From NCBI GenBank assembly GCA_022627495.1, contig JAKEGJ010000004.1, positions 622-64,621 of the forward strand: a stretch of 64,000 nucleotides of DNA, in the 5' to 3' direction. Below the pieces are notes generated by a model, which saw only the letters and a list, made by a program, of their open reading frames with translations, was not told the DNA's origin and searched no databases. Each line of letters begins with the position of its first letter. The stretch's first letter is position 1. Below, piece after piece: positions 18,450-28,377 of the stretch. This stretch comes from Candidatus Micrarchaeota archaeon (lineage in GTDB: Archaea > Micrarchaeota > Micrarchaeia > Anstonellales > Bilamarchaeaceae). The position numbers and the translations under genes are program-made.

Positions 18450-19703
18450 TCAGGGCTTCCGTACTTTCTGGAGCACCTGCTTTGCATGCTCGATGTCGAA
18501 ATTTTTCCCCCTGGCGAGCTCTTCCGCGACCGCTTCGGTCTCCTCCGGCGTCAGTGCCCCGGCGTACATCGCGATGTTCCTGGCATGGAGCTTCATATGC
18601 CCCTTCTGTATGCCTTCGGTCGCGAGGGCGGACAACGCCGCAAAGTTGTTCGCAAGGCCGGCGCACGCCATTCCCATGGCCAGCTCCTTCGAGCCGCTAA
18701 CGCCCATGATTTTGAGCGCAATTCTCGCCGTGGGGCTGCTGTTTACGGCCGGGCCGACAGTGGCAAGAGCCAGCGGAAGCTCGATTGAGCCCATGAGGTC
18801 CCCCTTCTCGTTCTTGTGGTACTGCGTGAGCGGCTTGTAATGCCCGAGCGAAGCGTAAGCATGCGCGCCCGCTTCCACTGAACGCCAGTCGTTGCCGGTC
18901 GCGACGGCAACGGCGTCGATTCCGTTCATTATTCCCTTGTTGTGGGTGGCGCAGCGGTAGATGTCGTGCTTCGCGAATTCATAAGCGTCAAGGACGCCTG
19001 CGATGGCTTCCTCCCCCACAATCTCCTTCTTCCATACCGCAGAAGCCCTCGCCTTCCGCTTCACGGCGAGGTTGCTGACAATGCGCAGGCGGATTTTCCC
19101 GCCCGTAAGCTGGGCGAGCGAGGGGGCCGTGTTCTCGAGCACCGTATTCACCATGTTCGCGCCCTGGGCATCGCCGACTGCGATGTGGAATGATACGATG
19201 ATCATCGGGCCGCGTTCCGTATCGAGCACCCTGGTCTCGAAATCGCGCACGCCGCACCCGTACTTTTCATGCTGTTTCATGTGGCCTGCCGCGACGCCCA
19301 GTATCTCCTTCCTGTTGAGCTCCAAATTCTTCGATGCCTCCGCGACGTCCCGGATTCCCGCCAGCTGGACCTGCCCGATCATTACGGGCATGTCGGCATC
19401 CGCCTTGAAGCCTTCGGGTAGCGTCTGCTTGGCGGCCCTGGAGGCGGCTGCTATCACGGACGGCTCCTCCACGGCCATAGGTATCACAATGGCCCTGCCG
19501 TTGATTGTGAAATTCGTGGCGAGCCCCAGGGGCAGGTGTACTGCGCCTATTACGTTCTCCACAATCTTGTCCGCGCGCTCCAGCGATAGTGCACCGCTAT
19601 CGCAGAGGGCCTTCGCCTCCTCGTCGGTCAGGCCGGCGTACTTCTTCACTTTCGCCAGCCGTTCGCTGACGGCCAGCTTGTAGAATCCAGAGAAGTCTTC
19701 CAT
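18450..19703 (-). CDS. hmgA: Hydroxymethylglutaryl-CoA reductase, class II
   Basis: ENVIG, EEPSVIAA, DAQGANMVN, HNKGIMNG, GIQKGHMKLH; GGAGG RBS before ATG 19703. Confidence 0.92.
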   Translation of the reverse strand: MEDFSGFYKLAVSERLAKVKKYAGLTDEEAKALCDSGALSLERADKIVENVIGAVHLPLGLATNFTINGRAIVIPMAVEEPSVIAAASRAAKQTLPEGFKADADMPVMIGQVQLAGIRDVAEASKNLELNRKEILGVAAGHMKQHEKYGCGVRDFETRVLDTERGPMIIVSFHIAVGDAQGANMVNTVLENTAPSLAQLTGGKIRLRIVSNLAVKRKARASAVWKKEIVGEEAIAGVLDAYEFAKHDIYRCATHNKGIMNGIDAVAVATGNDWRSVEAGAHAYASLGHYKPLTQYHKNEKGDLMGSIELPLALATVGPAVNSSPTARIALKIMGVSGSKELAMGMACAGLANNFAALSALATEGIQKGHMKLHARNIAMYAGALTPEETEAVAEELARGKNFDIEHAKQVLQKVRKP

Positions 19704-19721
19704 TGAAATTTCCTCCCAAGT

Positions 19722-19876
19722 CACTCCTGATGACCTTTCATCAACGGCAGGGAACTTTGTTCCCTGCGCCCCATTGTTCGGTGTCGTGAACGGCGTACCG
19801 TTCACGCGCATGCTCATGGACGAATCGTCGTCCATGACATCGCCGAACAATAGGGACTTCAGCCGGGCGGCCCCGG
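19722..19876 (-). promoter_or_regulatory. Multi-hairpin structured element in the hmgA 5' region
   Basis: Several near-perfect stems including a three-way junction (see findings). Confidence 0.55.
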
Positions 19877-19885
19877 TTTTTTAAT

Positions 19886-20338
19886 TTACCGATACCCATG
19901 CTCGAGCTTCTCGAGGGCCCTGTCGATGTTGGCGAACGCCCCATCGGCCTTCCTCATGTAGAACCCGCGGAATATGCCCTTGAGGCCCCGTTCCTCGCCG
20001 TTACCCAGGCAATACCGTCCCTTCTTCCGCGTCAATACGCCGAAATCCTTGAGCCTCTGCAGGTGGTAATACACCGCCTTGGGGTTCTGCTCCTCCTTCG
20101 AGAGCTCCGAGAGCCTTGAAATGATGTCCTTCGTGGTGGGCGCCTCGTCCTTCATGTGGAACTCGAAGAGCACCTCCAGGATGTCCAGGAGCAGCCTCCT
20201 GCTCTCATTCGGAAGAATCATCCCCAACGAGAGCGCAACCCACCGAATCAGCGACTTCCGGGCGAGAAGAACCTCGTCGGGCAGGGCGAGTTCGCGTATG
20301 GTCAGTTCTGAGCGGATGAGCCTCGACTCCGGAATCAT
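19886..20338 (-). CDS. Winged-HTH domain protein
   Basis: KAVYYHLQRLKDFGVLTRKKGRY wHTH pattern. Confidence 0.65.
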   Translation of the reverse strand: MIPESRLIRSELTIRELALPDEVLLARKSLIRWVALSLGMILPNESRRLLLDILEVLFEFHMKDEAPTTKDIISRLSELSKEEQNPKAVYYHLQRLKDFGVLTRKKGRYCLGNGEERGLKGIFRGFYMRKADGAFANIDRALEKLEHGYR

Positions 20339-20417
20339 GGAAACCCTTTAGCGGGACAAAGGTTATAATATTACTCGTGCAAGAGTGCTTCGGGCAAATA
20401 ATCGCTCCGATGATTGA

Positions 20418-20789
20418 ATGGTGAAGCTCAGCCTCAGGTGCCACCCGGACGTCCTTTTCGGCTTTTCGAGCCATCATGTCGAATTGATTCTCCGGGCCGA
20501 AAACCCCGGGGCCCGCCCGGTTTGGGCGGAAGCGGACGTGTCCGTGCCCGAGAGGCTGTCCCTGAGCCCGAACAATCAATTGCGCAAGGGCCGCCTTAGG
20601 ATAGGCATCGTGGGGAAGGGGGAATACCTTGAGAAGTCGGTCCGCATATACAGCAACAGCTTCACCAACCCCCAGATGTATAAGTCAGACGTCACGCTCT
20701 TCGCCTTCAACCGGGACGGAGTAATAGAAGAGAGGCTGGAGAAATCCATCAACGTCCGGTGCGAGCTGAAGAAGGAAGCGTCGATGTGA
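20418..20789 (+). CDS. Hypothetical protein
   Basis: Clean ORF with host-like codon usage. Confidence 0.6.
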   Translation: MVKLSLRCHPDVLFGFSSHHVELILRAENPGARPVWAEADVSVPERLSLSPNNQLRKGRLRIGIVGKGEYLEKSVRIYSNSFTNPQMYKSDVTLFAFNRDGVIEERLEKSINVRCELKKEASM

Positions 20790-20928
20790 ATCCCGGCAAT
20801 TCCCCGCTCATGATTGGTCGGCCTGGAGATGCCTCGGGATGGCGCGCCAGGACAAAAATCCGATCCGGTTGCCGGAAAGAAAGCCAATGCGAATGCTAAA
20901 TTCGCAGAATGCCGTTAAGGTGAAACTT

Positions 20929-21567
20929 ATGCCTTTGAAGATGATAAAGCATCTGGTAGTTCCGCAGGACCACCTTTTTTTCGATCTGCTTCAAAATCAG
21001 GCGGAGACCGCCTACGAGGCGTCCAAGGAGCTGTCCGGCCTGATGGGGGATTACCGGGATATCGGCGCAAAAGTGAAAAAAATCAAGGACCTGGAGCACC
21101 AGGGCGACGAGCTCATGCGCACCATCTACACGGCCCTGAACAAGACGTTCATCGTACCTATAGACCACTCGGACATCTCCACCCTGGCAAATGCTCTTGA
21201 CGACGTACTCGATATGATGGACCACGCTTCCGCATTGCTTGTCTCATATGACATCCCCAATCCTTCGCCCCCCATGGCAGAGCTTTCGCAGATACTGGTG
21301 GAACAGACCAAGGAGCTCCGGAATGCCGTAGTCGCAATAAACCATTCCCGGACTTATGGCAAGGTCTCAGCCCACTGCAACCGGATAAAGCACCTCGAAA
21401 TGAAGGCCGACGAAGTGCACTCCCGGGCCATCACAGCGCTGTTCAAGACTGCCGATGCAATCGTGATTCTCAAGCACAAGGAGATACTGGACTGCCTGGA
21501 GGCGGCGACCGACAAGGCCGACAAGGCGTCCCAGAACATATCGGACATTGTAATGAAGCACGCCTAA
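20929..21567 (+). CDS. DUF47 phosphate transport regulator
   Basis: LEHQGD, TFIVPIDHSDI..LDD, LEMKAD; upstream of pit. Confidence 0.9.
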   Translation: MPLKMIKHLVVPQDHLFFDLLQNQAETAYEASKELSGLMGDYRDIGAKVKKIKDLEHQGDELMRTIYTALNKTFIVPIDHSDISTLANALDDVLDMMDHASALLVSYDIPNPSPPMAELSQILVEQTKELRNAVVAINHSRTYGKVSAHCNRIKHLEMKADEVHSRAITALFKTADAIVILKHKEILDCLEAATDKADKASQNISDIVMKHA

Positions 21568-21577
21568 GGTCGTAACT

Positions 21578-22588
21578 ATGATGGAACTGCTCATCTTCAC
21601 CATAATAATGGCGCTGGCCTTTGATTTTTTGAACGGCTTCCACGACAGCGCCAACTCGATTTCCACCGTCGTTGCCACGCGCGTCCTGACGCCCATGCAG
21701 GCGGTTTCCATGGCAGCAATCGGGAACCTCATCGGCCCCCTGTTCTTCACCACCGCGATAGCGGCGACGATAGGAAAGGGAATCATCGACACGGATGCCA
21801 TCAGCTCGCTTCTCCCCCAGGAAACATTCATCCTCATGATACTGGCCTCGCTAACCGGCGCAATCGTCTGGAACATCATCACCTGGTATTTCGGAATACC
21901 TGTCTCCAGCAGCCATGCGCTGGTCGGGGGGCTTATCGGCGCCGCGATTGCCGCGGTCGGTTCCGGCGTCCTTGTTTACGAGGGCATCGCCAAGGTCCTG
22001 ATTTTCATCGTCGTCTCCCCGCTGCTGGGCTTCATCATATCAATCGCGTTCGCGCTGATAATAATGCGCATCTTCAGGAAGGCATCTCCGGCAAAGATGA
22101 ACGGGTGGTTCAAGAAACTCCAGCTGTTCTCGGCATTCTTCTACTCGGTCACGCACGGTACGAACGACGCCCAGAAAACCATGGGCATAATCACGATACT
22201 GCTCGTTGCCGCCGGCTTCCTCCCGGACTTCACCGTCCCCCTCTGGGTTGTCCTTGTATGCCACACGTCCATATGCCTCGGAACCTGGCTTGGCGGCTGG
22301 CGCATAGTCAAGACCATGGCCCATAAAATCACGAAATTGCGGCCTTACCAGGGTTTTTGCGCCGAGACTGCGGGCGGGGGGGTCCTGGTGTTGATGGCCA
22401 ACTTCGGCATCCCCGTCAGCACAACGCACGCGATAGCCGGCTCGATAATGGGCGTCGGCTCCATGGAGAACCCGAAAAGCGTCCGCTGGGGCGTGAGCCG
22501 CAACATCGTACTGGCATGGGTCATCACAATCCCGTTCAGCGCCATCGTCGCCTGGGGGACCTTCGCCGTCTTCAACATGTTCATCTAG
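21578..22588 (+). CDS. pit: Inorganic phosphate transporter (PiT)
   Basis: NGFHDSAN, PVSSSHA, HGTNDAQK, PVSTTH. Confidence 0.95.
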   Translation: MMELLIFTIIMALAFDFLNGFHDSANSISTVVATRVLTPMQAVSMAAIGNLIGPLFFTTAIAATIGKGIIDTDAISSLLPQETFILMILASLTGAIVWNIITWYFGIPVSSSHALVGGLIGAAIAAVGSGVLVYEGIAKVLIFIVVSPLLGFIISIAFALIIMRIFRKASPAKMNGWFKKLQLFSAFFYSVTHGTNDAQKTMGIITILLVAAGFLPDFTVPLWVVLVCHTSICLGTWLGGWRIVKTMAHKITKLRPYQGFCAETAGGGVLVLMANFGIPVSTTHAIAGSIMGVGSMENPKSVRWGVSRNIVLAWVITIPFSAIVAWGTFAVFNMFI

Positions 22589-22641
22589 GCGCGGATGCCG
22601 ATGTGCCTCGGGCGGGCAACGGCAGCATGCTATGGGGCCGG

Positions 22642-23109
22642 TCAGATTAATTTCAGCTCATTGTCGGCAATCAGGTGCGACGCGTAGCCCACCAGCCCTG
22701 CAAGCGCGAGCATGCTCCCGGCCAGCAGATACAGCAAAACACCGAACCCGAAACACGCGACCAGGGTATGCGTGATGCCCCTGTGCCTCGGTTTCAGGAA
22801 CCTGAAGAACAGGAAATACGCGCCGGCCATGGCAAGGAACGTCACGGCCATGCTGCCGGCAGAGCCCAATCCCGGGACGCAGACATCCGCCCCGCAGGCA
22901 GAGCCGTAAACGGCCATGAAAGCGATGCCGACGAATGCGACATCAAGCCACTGCCGCCCCTTGCTCGAATCGTGGTCAAGGTCCGGGGCGAGCGCGCAGA
23001 GGCCGGAAAATGCCGTGATGATTATTATCGGAAAAAGCTCTTCGCCCAGGAGCAGCGCTGCCGCCAGTCCGAGGATTGCGCCGATTAAAATATGGGAGCG
23101 CCAGTTCAT
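22642..23109 (-). CDS. Metal-dependent membrane hydrolase (YdjM-like)
   Basis: SH, PDLDH, HRGITH, SHLIAD. Confidence 0.85.
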   Translation of the reverse strand: MNWRSHILIGAILGLAAALLLGEELFPIIIITAFSGLCALAPDLDHDSSKGRQWLDVAFVGIAFMAVYGSACGADVCVPGLGSAGSMAVTFLAMAGAYFLFFRFLKPRHRGITHTLVACFGFGVLLYLLAGSMLALAGLVGYASHLIADNELKLI

Positions 23110-23148
23110 AAAGAAATAAAAGGGAAAAAAGAAAATAAAGCTGAGCCT

Positions 23149-24006
23149 TCAGCCGCTGACTTCGAAGCTTGCGCTTACGGTAGTGGTCACATCCACCTGG
23201 CCGGCAGACAGCTCGGTCTTGGGGGCGGGCGCGCCAGCCGCCATGTCGTATGCCATCGTCCGGTAGTATGCCGGGTAGTAGCTGGCTGATTCGCTTGCTG
23301 AGAGGACCTTGCCGAGCGACACTCCGACGCCCTGGGCTATGCTCTCAGCCTTCGATTTGGCTTCGCCGGATGCCTCTTTCAGGAGCGCCTTCTGGACGGC
23401 CCTTCTCGTCTCGTCCTTCAGCGTGAACTGGACCGAGTCGATGAACGTCTGGTTCGTGCCTGCTGTCGAGGCTGCGTCTATCACGTCCCCTCCCTTGTCC
23501 AGCATGGTCAGCTCAACATTCAGCGATTGTGTCGTGCGGTAGCCGATGAGGACCGAGTCGTAATGGCAGTCGTTCAGTGGCTTTTCGCACGAATACACGC
23601 TGTCATAGACCGGGTTCACGCTGTATGCGACCGTCTGGATGGACGACTCGTTGAGGCCGAGCGCCTTGAGCTTGGATCTGAGGTCCGCGCTGACTGCCGC
23701 ATTGTCCTCCTGCGATGTCCTGGCGTTCGCGGATTCAGTCTGCACCCGTATCTGGATGTTCAGCAGGTCCGGGGCCACTTTTTTCGAGGCCGTCCCCGAA
23801 ACGCTGATTACGTGGTCCGGCGGCGTGCTGGAGACATACACATTCGGATACGTGGGCCCGCTGGAAACGTTCACATCCGGCGAATAGTCGCCCTGGGCGA
23901 GCAGGTATCCGCCGCCCATCATGCCTATGGCGATGAGAAGCGCGGCGACAACCGCATACTTCCCGCAATCGCCTGAAAAACACATTCCTTCATCTTCTTT
24001 TGCCAT
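23149..24006 (-). CDS. SIMPL (DUF541) domain protein
   Basis: ISVSGTASKKVAPD..AKSKAESIA..LGKV; N-terminal TM helix. Confidence 0.85.
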   Translation of the reverse strand: MAKEDEGMCFSGDCGKYAVVAALLIAIGMMGGGYLLAQGDYSPDVNVSSGPTYPNVYVSSTPPDHVISVSGTASKKVAPDLLNIQIRVQTESANARTSQEDNAAVSADLRSKLKALGLNESSIQTVAYSVNPVYDSVYSCEKPLNDCHYDSVLIGYRTTQSLNVELTMLDKGGDVIDAASTAGTNQTFIDSVQFTLKDETRRAVQKALLKEASGEAKSKAESIAQGVGVSLGKVLSASESASYYPAYYRTMAYDMAAGAPAPKTELSAGQVDVTTTVSASFEVSG

Positions 24007-24045
24007 TCAAATCACCCAAAATCCAATTTCTTGCCTATACCTGTT

Positions 24046-24390
24046 CTACTTCCCGCTTTCGGAAATTTTCTTGCAGATGCCCATGGCATCAGGAGTATCC
24101 TCGCTTGGCAGGTAATCCGTGCATTCATAGCCCGCAGGGCAGCCGAACCCCGCAATCCCGCCGCATTCGCAATACTGGACGCACATCAGGATGCATGCCG
24201 TGCCTTCGGGGGCTCCCCTGCATGCCGAGCCGCATTCGTTCCAGTGGCCGTTTGCAGCGTCGCACATGGCCTGCGTCAGGGTGGCATTGCCGCCGGTATT
24301 GTTGCCGCCTGGCGGCGGCTGCTGTCCCTGCCCGGTGCATCCATGGCCGACAATCAGCGCTATCACCAAAATGGCGAGCAGTCCTTTCAT
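24046..24390 (-). CDS. Cys-rich secreted lipoprotein
   Basis: Signal peptide ending in GC; 10 Cys in the mature domain (CGSAC, CILMCVQYCECGG). Confidence 0.65.
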   Translation of the reverse strand: MKGLLAILVIALIVGHGCTGQGQQPPPGGNNTGGNATLTQAMCDAANGHWNECGSACRGAPEGTACILMCVQYCECGGIAGFGCPAGYECTDYLPSEDTPDAMGICKKISESGK

Positions 24391-24468
24391 GTCAATGACT
24401 CTGAGAGGACAAATTTAAACGATTCCTTTTTTTATGCGGCCAGGGCCGCAGGATAGCCTGGGGCAATC

Positions 24469-24948
24469 CTAAACCTTATCGCCGCCGCCTGCGCCATGGG
24501 TGCAGGCGGCTCCTGCGCCATCCCTGACTTCACTGTCCCGGTGCGCCAGCAGCCCCCCGAGAGCCGCGACATCGCCCTTTTTCATATGGATAAGTGCCAA
24601 TGCGCCAGCCGCGTTCCTCTTGGCGTATCTGTCGTTTAACGCTTCCGCAAGGGCATTTTCAGCCGCCGACACGTCCACTCCGGCAATCATGGCCTCTTTG
24701 AGGACATCCGCCGCAATGGCCCCTACGCCTACGTGCCCGTCTTTCAGGAGCTGGCAGACGATTTCGACCGCTTCCCCATGCTCCCTCATGATTCCGATTA
24801 AATCACTGACCTGGTCCCTGAGCATCATGAGCCTCATGGATTCGGGCGTTTGCGCCAGCCGGTTTTTTTCAACAAACAGCCTGTGCTCCCTGAAAACCAC
24901 TACCGTGTGCCTCGCTTTCCTCCGGCGGGCTTTCAAAGCTTGCATCAT
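24469..24948 (-). CDS. HEAT-repeat-like hypothetical protein
   Basis: LAEALND..AKRNAAGAL..LLAHRDSEVR..A. Confidence 0.5.
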   Translation of the reverse strand: MMQALKARRRKARHTVVVFREHRLFVEKNRLAQTPESMRLMMLRDQVSDLIGIMREHGEAVEIVCQLLKDGHVGVGAIAADVLKEAMIAGVDVSAAENALAEALNDRYAKRNAAGALALIHMKKGDVAALGGLLAHRDSEVRDGAGAACTHGAGGGDKV

Positions 24949-25040
24949 AACGCCATCTGATTTCCCGATTTATTGCGCAGTGTTTATATAATTATACATT
25001 TTCATAATCTATTTATAACTATTGTAGGCATAATCCCATC

Positions 25041-26198
25041 ATGGCCCGCTCATCATTCATACAGAACACGTCGCGCCCCGCTGCGCTTAGGGCCCAGTTT
25101 CGGAAGCTGAAAGACGATTTGCGCGGTTCCGGCTTGATGCTTGAGGAGCCTTTCCAGGACCAGTCCGGCGCTGTGGAGCTGCTATGCGGCGATGTCGAAT
25201 CGCGTATGAAATACGGCGGATTCAGCAATGCCGCCCATGCGGCGATAGTAACACTTGCCCCCCAGAACCTTTCCCCGGCCGAGCGCTCGTGGCTCGATGT
25301 CCCATTCATAATCCCCCCCGAGCGGTCCGGCGGGGCTTTCGATTGCGCGGGGGCGGTCGCCTGCGCCGAAACAAGCGACGCCGGTTCCGGGCCCGTCCGC
25401 GAAGTCGACATGGAGGGCATCACGCTCCTGGGGGTTTCGGTGCTCCGCAGGCTCGGAATCCCGGCGTTCTTTTCTTACCTGCATTTCGACAATGGCAATC
25501 CCAGGATGCAGGAGATGCATTCGCTTTCAATATACGTGGGCAGCGTTCCTTTCGGCGACCCGGTCCCGGCCGTCCTCACGCTGAACCCCGAGCCGGAATT
25601 GTTCGCGTTCGTTCCTCCGTATGCCATCCCATTCCCGGCGCACGTTTCCGTAAGCGGATTCGAAGTCCTTGACGATTCGGCGGTTCATTCCCTGATTCAG
25701 GTGAAGATGGCATTTGAGCAGGCTATCCGGCTCATGCGGGACGTGTCTGACCAGCGGCTCGAAAGCGAAGCGGAAGGCGAATTCCGGGCGATGTGCATAG
25801 CCCATGCCCTGCATGAGGGGATGCGCCTTTGGAGCGTGGAGGATGCCTGGCGCGACATGGATGCCGCGGCGGCGCTGAACAATCCCGCCCGCGGGGCGCC
25901 GGGGGTAGAGAGCGTCCGGCTCCACGCGGAAGCGAAATACGTCCACGAGCTGCTCTGCCCGGAGCACCACAGCATGCTTGCCACGAGCGTCATTCTCAGC
26001 GAAGAGACGAAGATGCATCTGGCGGATGCCGCAATCCGCCTTATGGGCAATGAAGGGCTAATCGATGGCGGGCATGCCATGCCCCCCATGCAGGACCAAT
26101 ACCTGGCCCGGCTGATGGAGTACATGCGCCTCTCCGAAATCCTGCAGGCGCACATCCATGCGCAAGACGAGTGCCCGGATAAAATAAGAATAAACTGA
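25041..26198 (+). CDS. Hypothetical protein (possible inactive transglutaminase-like domain)
   Basis: DMEGITLLGVSVLRRLGIPA resembles the GxC..L..LR.LGIPA motif with the Cys missing. Confidence 0.5.
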   Translation: MARSSFIQNTSRPAALRAQFRKLKDDLRGSGLMLEEPFQDQSGAVELLCGDVESRMKYGGFSNAAHAAIVTLAPQNLSPAERSWLDVPFIIPPERSGGAFDCAGAVACAETSDAGSGPVREVDMEGITLLGVSVLRRLGIPAFFSYLHFDNGNPRMQEMHSLSIYVGSVPFGDPVPAVLTLNPEPELFAFVPPYAIPFPAHVSVSGFEVLDDSAVHSLIQVKMAFEQAIRLMRDVSDQRLESEAEGEFRAMCIAHALHEGMRLWSVEDAWRDMDAAAALNNPARGAPGVESVRLHAEAKYVHELLCPEHHSMLATSVILSEETKMHLADAAIRLMGNEGLIDGGHAMPPMQDQYLARLMEYMRLSEILQAHIHAQDECPDKIRIN

Positions 26199-26262
26199 CA
26201 GCCTGCCCCGGGCGGCCGGCCAATCCATATCAACCGGCCTTCTTCTGCCCTTGCGGCCCTGC

Positions 26263-26937
26263 CTATGCCGCTGCCGCCCGGGCGGCTTCCTTGTCCTTTT
26301 TCTCCTTCTCCAGTTTGCGCTTGATTGATTTTAAGGACACGAACGAGTCCCGCTCCATCTCCTCAAGGCGGAAGGTTATCATCTTCGTCTCTTCCTCGAG
26401 GCGGGGAATCAGGACGAACTCCAGCGCATTCACGCGCCTCTTCGTCTTCTCGATTTCGATAATCAGCCTTTTCATCGCGGTTTCCGTCTCTGCGAGCTTT
26501 ATGACCATGGCAAGGATTTCGTTGAAATCATCCACAGCCTGGTCTATTTTCGCGCTTGTCGCCGCCACCGAATATGTCGGGAGAGTCAGGAAGTGCCTCT
26601 CCTCCATCTTGGTCGTGATGTTCGGTATTTTCACGCCCATGACGTTGCGGACTTCGATGTCGATGTCAATCTCCTTGCGCAAATCAAGGGATACCTTCGT
26701 CAGCTCCTGCATGTTGTGGTACGTCTCGGCAAGCGCCAGGGAGCGGTAGCCCCCGGCCATCTTGATTGCCAGCTGGCCGCGCAAATCCTGCGCCTTCTTC
26801 AGTATCTTGAAGAACTCGAGGATGAGGGCGTCGCGCTTCTGCTTGAGGAGCTTGTGCCCCTTGGATGCGAGCTTGATGCGCTCCTTGGTCTTGATAAGCT
26901 CCATCCTCGTCGGATTAACGTCTGTGGCTGCGGCCAT
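26263..26937 (-). CDS. atpD: A/V-type ATP synthase subunit D
   Basis: PTRMEL..GHKLLKQKRD..KTKRRVNALE. Confidence 0.97.
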   Translation of the reverse strand: MAAATDVNPTRMELIKTKERIKLASKGHKLLKQKRDALILEFFKILKKAQDLRGQLAIKMAGGYRSLALAETYHNMQELTKVSLDLRKEIDIDIEVRNVMGVKIPNITTKMEERHFLTLPTYSVAATSAKIDQAVDDFNEILAMVIKLAETETAMKRLIIEIEKTKRRVNALEFVLIPRLEEETKMITFRLEEMERDSFVSLKSIKRKLEKEKKDKEAARAAAA

Positions 26938-26992
26938 TACAGTTTCACCCCGGTGGTTTCCGGTTCCCAGTTTCCAGTTCCGCCCATACGCA

Positions 26993-28372
26993 TCACAGCG
27001 TGTACTTCTTCTTCATGTACTTCGGTATGTGCTCGCGCTTCACCCTCTTCAGTTCCTCTTCAGGAAGCAACGAGAGCAGTTCCCATCCCAAATCGAGCGT
27101 GACCTCGATATCGCGGTTCTCGTACGGGCCCTGCTGGACGAACCTCTTCTCGAACTCGTCAGCCAGGCGCAGGTAGCGCCTGTCTGTTGCGGACAATGCC
27201 TCCTCACCGACGACCGCGCTCAGGCTGCGGAGGTCGCGTCCGTTAGCGTAGCCTGCGTAAAGCTGGTCCGAGACGCCCTTGTGGTCCTCCCGGGTCTTCT
27301 TGTCTCCGATGCCGGAGTTCATGAGCCGAGACAGGGAAGGCAGCGGGTCCACGGGCGGGTAGATGTTCTTCCGGTGCAAGTCGCGCGAAAGAAGTATCTG
27401 CCCTTCGGTGATGTAGCCTGTCAGGTCCGGAATGGGGTGCGTCTTGTCGTCGCCGGGCATGGTGAGCACCGGAATCTGCGTAACCGAGCCCTTGCTTCCC
27501 TTCACCTTTCCAGCCCTCTCGTATATCGTGGAGAGGTCCGTGTACATGTAGCCCGGATAGCCGCGGCGGCCCGGCACTTCCTGCCTCGCCGATGAAATCT
27601 CACGGAGAGCCTCGCAGTAGTTGGTCATGTCCGTAATCAGCGTAAGGACGTGCATGCCCTGCTCGTATGCCAGGTATTCTGCAGTCGTCAGCGCCAGCCT
27701 GGGCGTGATGATGCGCTCGACCGAGGGGTCGTCTGCCAGGTTCAAAAACAGGACTGCATTTTCCAGCGCGCCCGTCTTCTCAAAGTCGCGCATGAAATAC
27801 GATGCCTCTTCATGCGTGATGCCGATGGCTGCGAACACGACGGCGAATTTCTCGCCAGTGCCCCTGACTTTCGCCTGCCGTGCAATCTGCACCGTCAGCT
27901 GGTTGTGCGGAAGCCCTGCGCCTGAGAATATGGGCAGTTTCTGGCCGCGGACCAGCGTGTTCATCGCATCTACGGTCGATATGCCTGTCTGGATGAATTC
28001 GTTGGGCATTTCGCGCGAGAACGGGTTGATTGGAAGCCCTGTGATGTCCACCCTCTCCTTCGGTATTACCCTGGGGCCCTTGTCGCGGGGCTCGCCCAGG
28101 CCCGTGAACACGCGCCCGAGCATCTCCGTGCTCAAGCCAAGCCTCATCGTCTCCCCGAGGAACCTTACAGTGGTCTGTGTCGTGCTGATTCCGGCTGTGG
28201 GGCCGAACACCTGGACGACCGCCATGTTCTTCGAGACGTCCAGCACCTGCCCCTTCCTGCGCTCGCCGTTAGGGAGCATGATTTCCACAATCTCGTTGTA
28301 CCCAACGCCGCTCACGTCCGAAACGACGACAAGCGGACCCGCGATTTCGGTGATGGTCTTGTATTCCTTCAT
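26993..28372 (-). CDS. atpB: A/V-type ATP synthase subunit B
   Basis: [34 protein letters not shown]. Confidence 0.97.
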   Translation of the reverse strand: MKEYKTITEIAGPLVVVSDVSGVGYNEIVEIMLPNGERRKGQVLDVSKNMAVVQVFGPTAGISTTQTTVRFLGETMRLGLSTEMLGRVFTGLGEPRDKGPRVIPKERVDITGLPINPFSREMPNEFIQTGISTVDAMNTLVRGQKLPIFSGAGLPHNQLTVQIARQAKVRGTGEKFAVVFAAIGITHEEASYFMRDFEKTGALENAVLFLNLADDPSVERIITPRLALTTAEYLAYEQGMHVLTLITDMTNYCEALREISSARQEVPGRRGYPGYMYTDLSTIYERAGKVKGSKGSVTQIPVLTMPGDDKTHPIPDLTGYITEGQILLSRDLHRKNIYPPVDPLPSLSRLMNSGIGDKKTREDHKGVSDQLYAGYANGRDLRSLSAVVGEEALSATDRRYLRLADEFEKRFVQQGPYENRDIEVTLDLGWELLSLLPEEELKRVKREHIPKYMKKKYTL

Positions 28373-28377
28373 CAGAA

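Noticed and set aside
19727-19767. Hammerhead ribozyme (CTGATGA present)
   Set aside because: No correctly placed GAAA or stem architecture
19704-19850. N-terminal extension of HMG-CoA reductase in the ORF track
   Set aside because: RBS and homology begin at ATG 19703; the upstream region is better explained as a structured non-coding element
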